Source of the DNA: Candidatus Altimarinota bacterium
Lineage (GTDB): Bacteria; Patescibacteriota; Gracilibacteria; CAIRYL01
Direction of reading: 5' to 3'
NCBI GenBank assembly: GCA_965250085.1
Contig: OZ252287.1
Location: forward strand, 1-64,000
Length of the DNA: 64,000 nucleotides
In this document: piece by piece, positions 20,174-30,459 of the stretch
How positions within the stretch are numbered: position 1 is the first letter of the stretch
Layout: every line of letters starts with the position of its first letter
Program-made: the position numbers and the translations under genes
Notes under the pieces: generated by a model
Databases searched by the model: none
Told to the model about the DNA's origin: nothing
Seen by the model: the letters and a program-made list of their open reading frames with translations, nothing else

Positions 20174-20848
20174 TTAGAGAAGAGTTTTTACTTCCAAAAT
20201 ATCAAGAACTGCTTTTACCACTCCAATGACTTCCCCAGAATCATCTCGAATAGAAAAATAGAGAGGGATACCTTCTGCTTTTGCACTTGCATCATATTCA
20301 ATCTCACCATGAAATGAAGCATCACTGACAGTTTGTTGCCACCAATCTTCATCGCTCTGAAAGTAATCACTTGTTTTGTTCGTCTGTGCCACGTTGGAAC
20401 CTCTTTTGTCAGTTATAAAGATTTCCATAAATTCAGGATGTTTTTCCTGAAACGCAATGAGCTCCTTTGCAAGACTATTGACCATGAGTGTTTTCATAAA
20501 AGGAGTAATTCCTTCTTGAGATTTCCAGGTTGTGTCCCTCTTATGTATTTCAGAGATATCAATAACGGAGTTTTCTTCATTCATTTTTTTGAGTTCTGTT
20601 ACAAAAGAGGGACTTTTTACAAGTGTCGTGAGGAGCTGTATTTTCTTTTGTAAAATTTCTTGTACTGGAGGGGAAAAATGAAAATCTACTTCTTCAGCAG
20701 ATATTTTTTCTTTTATTGTAAATGCTGGGGGGTCTACAAAAATTTTTTGATTGAATACATACCATGCTCCGGATAAGAGGAGGATCAGTATGACAAGAAT
20801 CCCAGCAAAAAAAGAGAAAGAGATGTTTGTTTTTTGTGTTTGTTTCAT
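20174..20848 (-). CDS. stand-alone membrane-anchored Cache/PDC sensor domain protein
   Basis: one TM; EIFITDKRGSNVAQTNKTSDYFQSDEDWWQ...EYDASA...GEVIGVVKAVL. Confidence 0.8.
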   Translation of the reverse strand: MKQTQKTNISFSFFAGILVILILLLSGAWYVFNQKIFVDPPAFTIKEKISAEEVDFHFSPPVQEILQKKIQLLTTLVKSPSFVTELKKMNEENSVIDISEIHKRDTTWKSQEGITPFMKTLMVNSLAKELIAFQEKHPEFMEIFITDKRGSNVAQTNKTSDYFQSDEDWWQQTVSDASFHGEIEYDASAKAEGIPLYFSIRDDSGEVIGVVKAVLDILEVKTLL

Positions 20849-20880
20849 AGAAAAGAAAAATAAATTTTGAAGTATATATG

Positions 20881-22887
20881 TCAGTCACATTCGATTACTA
20901 CTTTACATTTTCCCAGATTTTTCCAACGTTCTGAAAAAAGCATCACGCTGGAAACAAATGTGGAATGACTCCATGTAAGGGGAGCGACTGAAAGAGGCTC
21001 TCCTGTTACTGGATGCATCTGTTCGGGAAGCATGCCAGCAGAACTGGCTTGATTGGTCACCCAGAGGAGTTTTTCCAGAGGCTTTTCCAGATCTTCTCTA
21101 CTTTGGGCGGTAAGCATTTCATATTCTGCCAACCAAAGAGTAGTGATGATCCATGGATTTCCCGGGAGATCATTATGGCTCAGGTTTTTATAGTCGAATT
21201 GATAAAAATCTGTTTGATATCTGGCGATTCCTCCCACTTCTCCAGGAACAATAAGGTGCTTTTTTATGGCTTCCATTGTGTTTTGAATCCGTTCATCTTT
21301 TACTGGCAAGACTCCCATCTTCCACACAAATGCAAGACTCGCATCAACCGTTGAATCTTTTTCTATTATTTTTCCATTTTTTATCAAAACTCTTTTATAA
21401 AACCGTTTCTCTTTTTTGCAGTATAAATGTTCACAGATCGCTTTTTGCATTTTTTTTGCAGCTTTTGCAAATTTTTTTGCATCACTCACATGTCCTGTTT
21501 CAGTTGCGAGCAATTCCGCAGCCTTGAGTCCACCATAAGTGCATGATGCTGTATATGAAAAAACTCCACGGTGTTCTTCCCAGAGATCATATGAGTACAA
21601 AGGAAGTCCTGTTTTCTTATCCACAAATTCCATCAACCAGTTTCCGATTCTGAGGACCATGCCATCAAATAATTTTTTTACCACTTCAATATTATGAAAA
21701 TGTTCATAGTATTTTTGTAATGCCACGAGAATAAGAGCTGATTCATCTTCCTGAATGGGAAGATGAATTTCTCCATCTTTTATTTTTGGATGCCACGAAG
21801 ATCCTACTGATCCATCAGGATTATATTTGTGAAGGACATACCCTTCTTTTGTAATTATGTTTTCACAGAAAAAAAGAAAATCTCGAACCATAGCCTCGTA
21901 TCCTGTTTCACTCAGCGCCATAGAGACGAGTGCTCCATCTCTCGGCCACATATAGGTGTAGGTGTCTTTATTGAATTTCATGATATCTGAATCATTAGCA
22001 GCAATAATAGCTCCCCCATCGTCTGCCTGAGTACGAATGGTGAGCAAGCTCCTTGTGAAAAGCTTCAAAACTTCTTCAGGAAGTCCTTTGAAATCAAAAT
22101 GCTCTTTCTGTGACCACTTCTGCCAATAATCTCTTGTATGATCCAAAATTACCTTGGGCGTAAGCTCAGAAACACGATCTACCATAAGGTGAATTTCTTC
22201 ATATTTTTTTGCTGCAATAAGCCACATATACAGAACTTTTTGTTCTTTTTTTTCAAATGTATTGGTAAATCCTACAGTAGAATCGACTGATCCTTGCTCA
22301 ATCGGATTTTCATGCAAGTGTCCATCTTCTGCATCGCGCCAGGTTCCTTCTTTATCTTGAAATTCACTTTTTCCTACAGTGTATTCATCGACTCCTGCTC
22401 CATTTTTCTCATCCCACTCACCGCTCACAAGGAAATAACGATTTTTTCGATAGTGTAAAACCCCGTTCCACTTTGGCTCGTACTGGGCGGTATCTTGCAT
22501 TTTGTCTCCATAAAGGTGCAAATCGTGAGAGAAAAAAACTTTTATCTCTCTCTTCCGATCCGCTTGATTCAAAATACTGAGCTTGCGAAACAGAACATTG
22601 GAAGTGGTGTATACAAAATCTTCAAAAGTGACAGTAATCTGGAGGTCATTGTTGATAGCAGTGCAATATCCCACGAGTGAATTTTCAATGTAATCTATAG
22701 AAATCTCCCAACTGCCATCATCCATCCAATGGAATGCGCCTTCTATAAAAAATCCTACTCGGTGCAAGTGTCCATATGTTGTTTGGTCTTCCATGCCCAC
22801 ATACGGATAATAGAGATCTCGCATTTGAAGATGTTCATCAAATGTGGCAAGCATGTGGCCGTTACCGAGGACAAGAGAGCGAGGCAT
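20881..22887 (-). CDS. glycoside hydrolase family 15 (glucoamylase-like)
   Basis: YTYMWPRDGA, PIQEDES, SYDLWEE, GMLPEQ, PLTWSHS. Confidence 0.93.
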   Translation of the reverse strand: MPRSLVLGNGHMLATFDEHLQMRDLYYPYVGMEDQTTYGHLHRVGFFIEGAFHWMDDGSWEISIDYIENSLVGYCTAINNDLQITVTFEDFVYTTSNVLFRKLSILNQADRKREIKVFFSHDLHLYGDKMQDTAQYEPKWNGVLHYRKNRYFLVSGEWDEKNGAGVDEYTVGKSEFQDKEGTWRDAEDGHLHENPIEQGSVDSTVGFTNTFEKKEQKVLYMWLIAAKKYEEIHLMVDRVSELTPKVILDHTRDYWQKWSQKEHFDFKGLPEEVLKLFTRSLLTIRTQADDGGAIIAANDSDIMKFNKDTYTYMWPRDGALVSMALSETGYEAMVRDFLFFCENIITKEGYVLHKYNPDGSVGSSWHPKIKDGEIHLPIQEDESALILVALQKYYEHFHNIEVVKKLFDGMVLRIGNWLMEFVDKKTGLPLYSYDLWEEHRGVFSYTASCTYGGLKAAELLATETGHVSDAKKFAKAAKKMQKAICEHLYCKKEKRFYKRVLIKNGKIIEKDSTVDASLAFVWKMGVLPVKDERIQNTMEAIKKHLIVPGEVGGIARYQTDFYQFDYKNLSHNDLPGNPWIITTLWLAEYEMLTAQSREDLEKPLEKLLWVTNQASSAGMLPEQMHPVTGEPLSVAPLTWSHSTFVSSVMLFSERWKNLGKCKVVIECD

Positions 22888-22971
22888 GGGGTCAATTACG
22901 AATGATGAATTATGAATAAAGGAAAGATGTTTGTTTAATCAAATATTCTAACATGACAAATAAATTTTAAC

Positions 22972-23415
22972 TTAACTAATAGAGGCTTTTTGGAAATAGT
23001 AATGACTTGATGGAGTAGCAGTGAAAGGGTTTCCCTCTTCATCTTCTGCATATACCCATCCATTTAAAGCAGCCATTATAGTTGCGTGTGTTTTTTCTCC
23101 TTGAATAGTTACTGAGTCACCGGCTTCAAAATCATTATTGGAATGATTTGGTACAGCACTCTTGGCTTTCTCCAGTATTTTCAAGCTACTAATGAGATAA
23201 AGATCTTCCGGTACAGAATAAAGTAATAGGCATTGATCTATTGCAAAATCAGTTGTAAAAAAAGATCGTGTATTTTTGTTTGATCTTTCTACTGCAACAA
23301 CAAAGCTATATCCATTATTCAGGTGTCGAAGCGATATTTCTGCTGTATCACCAACTTCTAGTGATTTAAACGTTTTTTTAATAGTATTCTCTGTGGGTGT
23401 TTCTTTAGTATCCAT
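22972..23415 (-). CDS. hypothetical protein (ORFan inside the glycogen cluster)
   Basis: 147-aa ATG ORF co-oriented between GH57 and GH15. Confidence 0.6.
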   Translation of the reverse strand: MDTKETPTENTIKKTFKSLEVGDTAEISLRHLNNGYSFVVAVERSNKNTRSFFTTDFAIDQCLLLYSVPEDLYLISSLKILEKAKSAVPNHSNNDFEAGDSVTIQGEKTHATIMAALNGWVYAEDEEGNPFTATPSSHYYFQKASIS

Positions 23416-23446
23416 TTTTTTACTAAATAAATAGAAAATTATTCAT

Positions 23447-24739
23447 CTATTTCACTTCCTCAAATCTCTGCTTGAGAAGTCTGAGCGTATTCATAAAATT
23501 TATATACGCTTCATAGGGAGATTCATAGGCAGAAAAATACTTGTGCACATCACCATCACTCCAATATTTGGTACACATATAGTACAGATGATCTGAAGTT
23601 TGCATTTTACGAAAATCATGAAGGAGCTCCTGGACTGGCTTCTTTCTAGATTTTTTGTGCGGATGGAGAAGTTGTTCCATTTGTGAAATCTCCTGAAGTG
23701 CTGATTTTTGAATGTCATTTTCAAGCCATGCGGAAATATCACGTTCTGTATCCGCCCAAGAGAGGTGGTCATGGACATCGTATTCTCCTACAGATTCCAG
23801 TTTTTCAATCGCTTCTGATGGGGTATGGAATCCAATATTTCGCTCGAGAAGTGCTGCCGGCAAGTGCGCAAAAAATTCAAAAATACCAGTATCTTCCCAC
23901 TGGTGTTCGCCAATGGTTTCATAGTCCATAAACAGATTCACCGTTTCACCTTCTGCTTCATCTACCCATGAGGCATATTTAGTCGTATCAAGAGGAAACT
24001 CTTCCCATCCCTGATTCCCAAAACGAAATGCCACATCGTCGGACAGTTTATAATTTTTGAGAAGCAAGGGGAGAGGGGAGACCTCTTGCTTTGAGATAGC
24101 AAAATTCTTCGAAATCTCAAAGTCATCTTCATTGAGATACAGCGGCTTGGCATGACGAAGATGATTTGGACTTTCACCCTTGAGGTGTGCATCCCATCCT
24201 TCAGCGAGCATCCCCTCAAACCCCATATTGCGGATAAACTCTCCCAGTTCGTTGTTATAAATCAGCTCTGTATTGCGAAAAACCCTTGGTGTCACTCCAA
24301 AGAGTCTTTTGATCTTGTTAAAATGCATGACAATCTGTTCTGCATATTCTTCTTTCGAGTAGAGAAACGAAAGTGAATGAAAGTATGTTTCTGCCAAAAA
24401 TTCTGCTTGTCCTGTTTTGGCAATTTTTTTTAGGAGATCCAAAATCTTTTTTCCATATTTCGGATATTCTTCACATTGTTCGAGGAATACACCAGAGAGC
24501 GAGTATGACACTCGAAATTCTTTGTGTTTTTTGAGCAAGTCCAAAAAAAGCTGTGTCGCCGGCAAATAGCATTTCTTTGCCACCTTTTCAAAAACATCTT
24601 TGTTTCGAAATTTTGGTGGCCCCGCAAAATGATCTATGTCTCCATGTGTATTAAAAAACGAACACTCATCGATTCTATACGGTTGATGAATCTGGAAATA
24701 GATGCAGACGGACTTGGAGAATGTATTTTTAGGAGTCAT
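23447..24739 (-). CDS. glycoside hydrolase family 57 (alpha-amylase-like)
   Basis: FQIHQPYR, ETYFHSL, FRNTELIY, FMDYETIGEHQW, SWADTERD. Confidence 0.93.
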   Translation of the reverse strand: MTPKNTFSKSVCIYFQIHQPYRIDECSFFNTHGDIDHFAGPPKFRNKDVFEKVAKKCYLPATQLFLDLLKKHKEFRVSYSLSGVFLEQCEEYPKYGKKILDLLKKIAKTGQAEFLAETYFHSLSFLYSKEEYAEQIVMHFNKIKRLFGVTPRVFRNTELIYNNELGEFIRNMGFEGMLAEGWDAHLKGESPNHLRHAKPLYLNEDDFEISKNFAISKQEVSPLPLLLKNYKLSDDVAFRFGNQGWEEFPLDTTKYASWVDEAEGETVNLFMDYETIGEHQWEDTGIFEFFAHLPAALLERNIGFHTPSEAIEKLESVGEYDVHDHLSWADTERDISAWLENDIQKSALQEISQMEQLLHPHKKSRKKPVQELLHDFRKMQTSDHLYYMCTKYWSDGDVHKYFSAYESPYEAYINFMNTLRLLKQRFEEVK

Positions 24740-24840
24740 ATGATTTTTATTTAAAATGAAATCTATGAGAATTCTAAATTTTAAGTTTTAAATAGCAAGA
24801 GGAGAAATGTACTTAACAAATTAAAGATTTTGTTTTTAGC

Positions 24841-25251
24841 TTAGCGAAGTCCCTTATTTTTACGATTCTTCTCTGTTCTTTCCAGAATATCTAGTATGTT
24901 TCTTATTTCTTCAACGATTTTTCTTCTATAGTTTTTTCCAGATATAATAATTTTAAATTCCTTAGCACTCACAAGAGCTTCTGCCAGTATGTCAACTGAA
25001 ATAATTCCTCCCAACATTTCTCGCCCTCGTTCACCCATACTTATTTCTATCTGGAGGTCGGGATTGCTTTTTATGACGTATCTCATCTCATCTAGAAAAT
25101 AAGAAGTTGGGCGCATATGAAATCCTTTTTGCCCAGTTACAATAGTAATTCGAACTTCATCTACAACCCTTTCAACATTTTTTATACGAGCAATTAGGAG
25201 TTCGTCTAGAGGTTTTTCTACAGCATCTGTGGGTCCATTGGATAGTGGCAT
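24841..25251 (-). CDS. divergent HPr-like protein
   Basis: RITIVTGQKGFHMRPTS resembles the HPr GLHARP site; remainder diverged. Confidence 0.5.
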   Translation of the reverse strand: MPLSNGPTDAVEKPLDELLIARIKNVERVVDEVRITIVTGQKGFHMRPTSYFLDEMRYVIKSNPDLQIEISMGERGREMLGGIISVDILAEALVSAKEFKIIISGKNYRRKIVEEIRNILDILERTEKNRKNKGLR

Positions 25252-25266
25252 ATGTCCTTATTATAA

Positions 25267-26499
25267 CTATGTGGAAAGTGACTGATAGAGTTTAATAATT
25301 CCCTTTACCTGTTCATGCCAACTGAGCTGGTTTACTTGTTCTTCTGCTTTTTCGGAAAGCATTTTTTGCAGTGGCGAGTATTCAAGCACTGCGAGAATAT
25401 GATTTGCCATTTTATCCGTATCCCAAAAATCTGCTGCCAGAGAGTGAGACAGGACCTCTTTCGCTCCAGATTGATGACTCAGCACCACCGGCACACCACG
25501 TTGTGCGGCTTCTACGGCTGTCAGACCAAATGGCTCTGAGACGGAAGGCATCACATAGACATCGGCTGATGCAAAGGCATATTCTTTGTCTTTGCCTCCC
25601 AGGAATCCAAGGCAAAACACATTGTTCGAAAGTCCATCCTGCAAAATTTCACTCATGAGCCGAGGCATCATATCTCCGGTACCGCCAATGATAAACTGTA
25701 CATCGGGGCTGTGATCCAGGACTCTCTTTGCAATGCGAAGGAACCAATCGGGCCCCTTTTGAATAGTCAGACGGCCCAAAAAGAGAACTGTTTTTTTATC
25801 ATGACTCAGTACTGGCGGTTTTTCATACTCGAGTGCTTCCACTCCATTGTGTACCACCTCTATCTTATCTGCTGGCAGTCCATAGTGCTCTATCAATACA
25901 TTTTTGGTGTGATTGCTCACGGCAATAATATGATCGGCTGCATGTAGACTTTCTCGTTCTCGCTCGTAGATATCTTGATTTGGATTGCTTCCGGTGCGAT
26001 CCATTTCAGTAGCATGGACATGCGCCACAAAAGGAATATTCAAATGTTGTTTGATTCGTAAAGCTGCATGAAAGGTAATCCAGTCATGTGCGTGGAGGAT
26101 GTCAAAATGTTTCCCTTGAACAAACTGCTCCATTTCCTGAGCATATCGCTCAATTTCCATAAAGAGGGACGCACCATACACTCCAAATCCAGAAGAAATA
26201 CCAGCGTCAGTAAACATCGACTCGTACTCTGCGCGATATTGCTCTTCAGAAATATAGGGAGAAGAAATAGCTGTAGGGATTTGCTTCACATCATATGAAA
26301 AAGACCCCAGTCGCGTAGAAGTCAGTTCAAATGGGAGGTCATGAACTCCATCTTGTACGTTTTTGTAGATAAAAAATGGAATTGCAAACGTAATATCGCC
26401 TCCATGGTTTGCAAGAGCTTCGGCGATATTTTTTGTCGCCACTCCAAGGCCTCCAGAATAGAATGGGGGAAACTCCCATCCGAGCATTAAAACTTTCAT
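25267..26499 (-). CDS. GT4 glycosyltransferase (glycogen synthase-like)
   Basis: MLGWEFPP..GGLG, HAHDW, HVHATE, SEPFGLTAVEA; heads the GH57/GH15 cluster. Confidence 0.92.
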   Translation of the reverse strand: MKVLMLGWEFPPFYSGGLGVATKNIAEALANHGGDITFAIPFFIYKNVQDGVHDLPFELTSTRLGSFSYDVKQIPTAISSPYISEEQYRAEYESMFTDAGISSGFGVYGASLFMEIERYAQEMEQFVQGKHFDILHAHDWITFHAALRIKQHLNIPFVAHVHATEMDRTGSNPNQDIYERERESLHAADHIIAVSNHTKNVLIEHYGLPADKIEVVHNGVEALEYEKPPVLSHDKKTVLFLGRLTIQKGPDWFLRIAKRVLDHSPDVQFIIGGTGDMMPRLMSEILQDGLSNNVFCLGFLGGKDKEYAFASADVYVMPSVSEPFGLTAVEAAQRGVPVVLSHQSGAKEVLSHSLAADFWDTDKMANHILAVLEYSPLQKMLSEKAEEQVNQLSWHEQVKGIIKLYQSLST

Positions 26500-26689
26500 A
26501 TTTGTATCTATTTATATCTGCTTATTATATCATTTTTTCAAGATTTGCGCAAATATAGCAGGGGGAAAAGACAATCGTTTCTCGAAAAAATGTATCCTGA
26601 TATATTAGCAGAAATACATGCGAAATAACAGCAAAAGAACTTGCTATGAACATCAAATTATAGCTGAAAATTATTTTTTTAATAAAAGC

Positions 26690-27121
26690 TTAGCTTTTTT
26701 TCTTTTTTGCTCTTGCAGAAGCTTTTTTTCTCTTGGTTGATGCAGTTGATTTCTTTTTTGGAGAAGAAACCATCTTTTTCATATGTTTTACCTTTTTTTC
26801 CGCAGCATCTGTCAGTTCTTTAAGCTCTTTTTTTGCTTTTGCAGAGAGCTTTTTCCCTTTTTTTTCTGCAGTCTTGTAGAGATCTTCCAACTCTGCTTTT
26901 CCAGAAGAAATCAAATCTTGAACATCTTTTCTTTTTAGAATTTTTTGTACTTCCTGACTGGCATCTTCTGCTGCCGAGAGCAGTTCTTTCCCAAAAGCGC
27001 CGAGCTTATCAGAACTCTTGGCCAGTTTATTTCGAAGGGTTTTTCCTTTTTCTGGAGCAAAGAGGATGCCAAGAGAAACTCCCGCGAGAACGCTTGCAAT
27101 AAATGTAATGCCTTTTTTCAT
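26690..27121 (-). CDS. YtxH-domain protein
   Basis: GILFAPEKGKTLR after a hydrophobic N-terminus; Lys-rich tail. Confidence 0.85.
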   Translation of the reverse strand: MKKGITFIASVLAGVSLGILFAPEKGKTLRNKLAKSSDKLGAFGKELLSAAEDASQEVQKILKRKDVQDLISSGKAELEDLYKTAEKKGKKLSAKAKKELKELTDAAEKKVKHMKKMVSSPKKKSTASTKRKKASARAKKKKS

Positions 27122-27133
27122 AGAGGAGAGGTA

Positions 27134-28783
27134 TTAGAGAGAAGAAGAAAGAGTATCAGCCATGTGAGAGATCTCACTTTTGAGATCTGAACCCTGGGTG
27201 GAAATACGAAAATGAGAATCTTGATCCCGTGGCAACACTATTTCCGTGTCAGATTCTATGCGCTGGGGTTTTTCCCCGTCAAGGACTTCTACTCTGATCA
27301 ATACATTTTCACCCGTCACCGGTTCGTCAGAAAAAGCGAGTGTCGCTATCGTTCCATTCACTTTTCCCAGACTTGCGTAATAATAATTTTTGGGATATTC
27401 CAGTGAAAATGCATGATGAGTGCTCTCATAAAATCGATAGCCCTCACTCACATCTGTTTTTTTCTCTCCTTCTGCATCATACAGCTCCAAAGAGTTTCCC
27501 GCCTGCAAATTTTCACCACTTTCCAGTTTCCAGTCAGCAATTTGATCGGGAATAAAATACGCTTTCTGAGTGAGTCCAATTTTTCCATTTTCTTCTAATA
27601 TTTCAAACAACAGCTTCCGTTTTGTACTCACATCTACGGGATCATAGTACTCTACTGAAACCAAATCTCCTTCTGAAAAACCAAAGGAAGCAATCTTCCA
27701 TTGAAGAGATGAAGGAGCTTTTTCAGGAGAAAGTGACTCCAGATCTGCAGTGATGGATTGTATAGTTTTTTGCTTGTCAGGAGAGACCTCATTCTCAGAG
27801 GGTGTCTCTTCCGCATCGGGAAGAGGAGTCTCCTGAGTATCTGCTGCTGCTTTTTCTCGTGCTGGTTGCAGGGTTCCTTTTTGTGATACTTCAGGGTTTT
27901 CTGCCAAGACGCATACTCCAGACGCATCTGGATGTACCCCCTCCAGTTCACATCGATATCCAATCGGACAGCTAAATCCTGCAATTCCTCCACATATTTG
28001 TACCTCCTGTTCAAAAATTTCTTCTGGAGGAGCAGAAAATTCAACCGAAAGGAGAATATCATACAGATCGACTTTTTCTTCTTCCGTACCATCAAAAGAG
28101 AAGATGAGTATATCTTTTTCCAGAGGAGTAAAAATCTCAGTTGTTCCTCTCTCTGTGTTCAGACGATACGATACTGCGTTGCCAAGAGTGATTTGAGTAG
28201 CACTTTCTTTTTGAGAGAGGAGAGAGACTCCTGCTTCTGAATCTGGAGAAACACTTGTGAGAGTGAAAGCGCGCGTATCTACTGCTTGATCGGAAAAAAA
28301 CGTAACTCCATTTTCTGCATTGGCATACACCCACTTGGGAGGAAGAATGAATGAAATTCCTAAATCTGAAGAAGTAAATACGGTAGATGTTTCGGAAAGA
28401 GGTGTTTCTAAAAAGTGGACAGTATGTACTTGAAGAAGCGGAAGTGACTCATCATCTGGTATGTCTCGTTCTCCTTTGACTTCCACTTTGCCTTCATCGA
28501 TGTACTGGGAGAGATCTTCAAACTTACTCGAGAGGAAGTACTCGGAAGATCCTCCTTCATTTGTCAAAAGGTGAGTGCCTTTTTCAAAAAGAGATCGATC
28601 GGCGTTTCTCTGGATATACCCGCTGATTACAACGATTTCTGGAAGGGGCAGAGCTTCATTTTCTGATGCATCGAGGAGAGATGTTCCGTTTGGAGAGTCA
28701 ACATCTTTTTTGTCAAAGAGACTCCATGAGCATCCAAAGAGAAAAAGAGGGATGAAAAAAAGTAGACATAAGAGTTTTTTCAT
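27134..28783 (-). CDS. hypothetical lipoprotein
   Basis: lipobox LFGC; Cys-rich CGGIAGFSCPIGYRC module; PsbP-like segments; ATG 28783. Confidence 0.8.
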   Translation of the reverse strand: MKKLLCLLFFIPLFLFGCSWSLFDKKDVDSPNGTSLLDASENEALPLPEIVVISGYIQRNADRSLFEKGTHLLTNEGGSSEYFLSSKFEDLSQYIDEGKVEVKGERDIPDDESLPLLQVHTVHFLETPLSETSTVFTSSDLGISFILPPKWVYANAENGVTFFSDQAVDTRAFTLTSVSPDSEAGVSLLSQKESATQITLGNAVSYRLNTERGTTEIFTPLEKDILIFSFDGTEEEKVDLYDILLSVEFSAPPEEIFEQEVQICGGIAGFSCPIGYRCELEGVHPDASGVCVLAENPEVSQKGTLQPAREKAAADTQETPLPDAEETPSENEVSPDKQKTIQSITADLESLSPEKAPSSLQWKIASFGFSEGDLVSVEYYDPVDVSTKRKLLFEILEENGKIGLTQKAYFIPDQIADWKLESGENLQAGNSLELYDAEGEKKTDVSEGYRFYESTHHAFSLEYPKNYYYASLGKVNGTIATLAFSDEPVTGENVLIRVEVLDGEKPQRIESDTEIVLPRDQDSHFRISTQGSDLKSEISHMADTLSSSL

Positions 28784-28896
28784 ACTGCAAAATAGGCAAA
28801 AAGCACAGTCGATTGTTCCATAAATGCCTTCTAGGGGCAATTGATGTTTTTCTCGCCTTCATTCACAATACGCCGGCACGTAAGCCTTTGCAAAAA

Positions 28897-30009
28897 ATGA
28901 AAATAGCCCTGGTACATGAAATGCTGGTCAAAATGGGAGGAGCTGAGCGCGTTCTGGCGGTATTGCAGGATATGTTTCCAACTGCCCCTATTTACACCCT
29001 TTTGTATGATGAGAAAAAATGTGGAGAGACATTTCCCCAAGAAAAAATAGTATCTTCTCATTTGCAGAAATATCTCACATTCAAAGTTCCCAGACAGCTT
29101 CTGGCGCACTCCATGCCGCGGACAATAGAGGCATTTGATTTTTCTGGTTTTGATCTGGTGATATCTTCTTCTTCAGCATTTGCTCATGGCATTCTGACAC
29201 CAGTAGACACCAAGCATATCTGCTATTGTCATGCGCCGATGCGATATGCATGGGACTATACGCATACATATTTTGAAAAAAAATCAGCGGGGATACTCTC
29301 AGTGCTCAAAAAACCAATTCTGAGGTCTGTTCTCCATAAGCTCAGAGTGTGGGACACGGCTACTGCTGGTCGTGCAGATATACTCCTGGCCAATTCGCAA
29401 ACGACGAAGCAGAGAATTCAAAAATTTTGGAGGAAAGATTCTCAAATTGTGTTTCCTCCAGTAGATCTTTCTCGATTTGCAGTAGGGGATACGCATGAAG
29501 GATATTTTCTCATTATTTCAGCACTGACGGAGTTTAAGCGGATCGATTTGGCAGTACGGGCATTTGAGAATTTTCCGAAACACAAACTTCTTGTCATTGG
29601 AGAGGGTGCAGAACGAGCAAAACTTGAACGGATTGCTCCGAAAAATGTAGAATTTCTCGGTCGAAAAAATGATGCTGATACGGCTGAACTCCTCAAGCAT
29701 TGCAGAGCACTTCTCTTCCCAGGATTGGAAGACTTTGGCATTGTACCCGTAGAGGCCATGGCTTCAGGAAAGCCAGTTATTGCCTATGGAAAAGGAGGTG
29801 TCACGGAAACTGTTGTAGACGAAAAAACAGGAGTGTTTTTTCCAGAACTGAGTTCCGAAAGCATGGAAACAGCAATCGTCAGATTTTTTGAGCTCGAGCG
29901 AAAAAAGGTATTTTCTCCCAAAACATGTCGACTCAGAGCAGAGCAATTTTCGGAGGAAAAATTTCGAGGAGCAATGCAAAAAATCGTGAATCAGGTAATA
30001 GGTGGATGA
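28897..30009 (+). CDS. GT4 glycosyltransferase
   Basis: KIALVHE..GGAERVL, CYCHAPMRYAWD, EDFGIVPVEAMASG. Confidence 0.93.
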   Translation: MKIALVHEMLVKMGGAERVLAVLQDMFPTAPIYTLLYDEKKCGETFPQEKIVSSHLQKYLTFKVPRQLLAHSMPRTIEAFDFSGFDLVISSSSAFAHGILTPVDTKHICYCHAPMRYAWDYTHTYFEKKSAGILSVLKKPILRSVLHKLRVWDTATAGRADILLANSQTTKQRIQKFWRKDSQIVFPPVDLSRFAVGDTHEGYFLIISALTEFKRIDLAVRAFENFPKHKLLVIGEGAERAKLERIAPKNVEFLGRKNDADTAELLKHCRALLFPGLEDFGIVPVEAMASGKPVIAYGKGGVTETVVDEKTGVFFPELSSESMETAIVRFFELERKKVFSPKTCRLRAEQFSEEKFRGAMQKIVNQVIGG

Positions 30010-30108
30010 GTAATAAATTGTGAAGTGTATTTTAAAACAGAACTTTTAAAATTTGACACTCTTTTTAAATGGGAGGAAAATCAGCGTAGGGAATTTTCTG
30101 AAGAAACT

Positions 30109-30459
30109 ATGGATCCAATACATATTCACAACTTACTGAGTCAGCTTTCCAGTGAAGTCAAATGTCCACACTGTAATTCACAGGTGCGACCCCATATGAT
30201 ATCGGTAGAAAACTCCAGCCATAATTATTGTCTTCTGAGCATTGAGTGTCATGGATGCGGAGAATTATTTTATGGTCATGCGCATGTAGGGGTTAAAGTA
30301 ATGCCTTCGGGGGAGTTTTCCCCTGATATGATGCCAGAAGTTTCCAAAAAACTTCCCAAGACTCCTGCACGCATTTCACAAAAGGATATAGCACAATTGA
30401 AGGGGGCCTTCAAAAATTCAACATGTCAGATTTCAGATCTTTTTACCTCAAGGAAGTGA
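30109..30459 (+). CDS. zinc-binding hypothetical protein
   Basis: CPHC...CHGC; ATG 30109. Confidence 0.65.
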   Translation: MDPIHIHNLLSQLSSEVKCPHCNSQVRPHMISVENSSHNYCLLSIECHGCGELFYGHAHVGVKVMPSGEFSPDMMPEVSKKLPKTPARISQKDIAQLKGAFKNSTCQISDLFTSRK

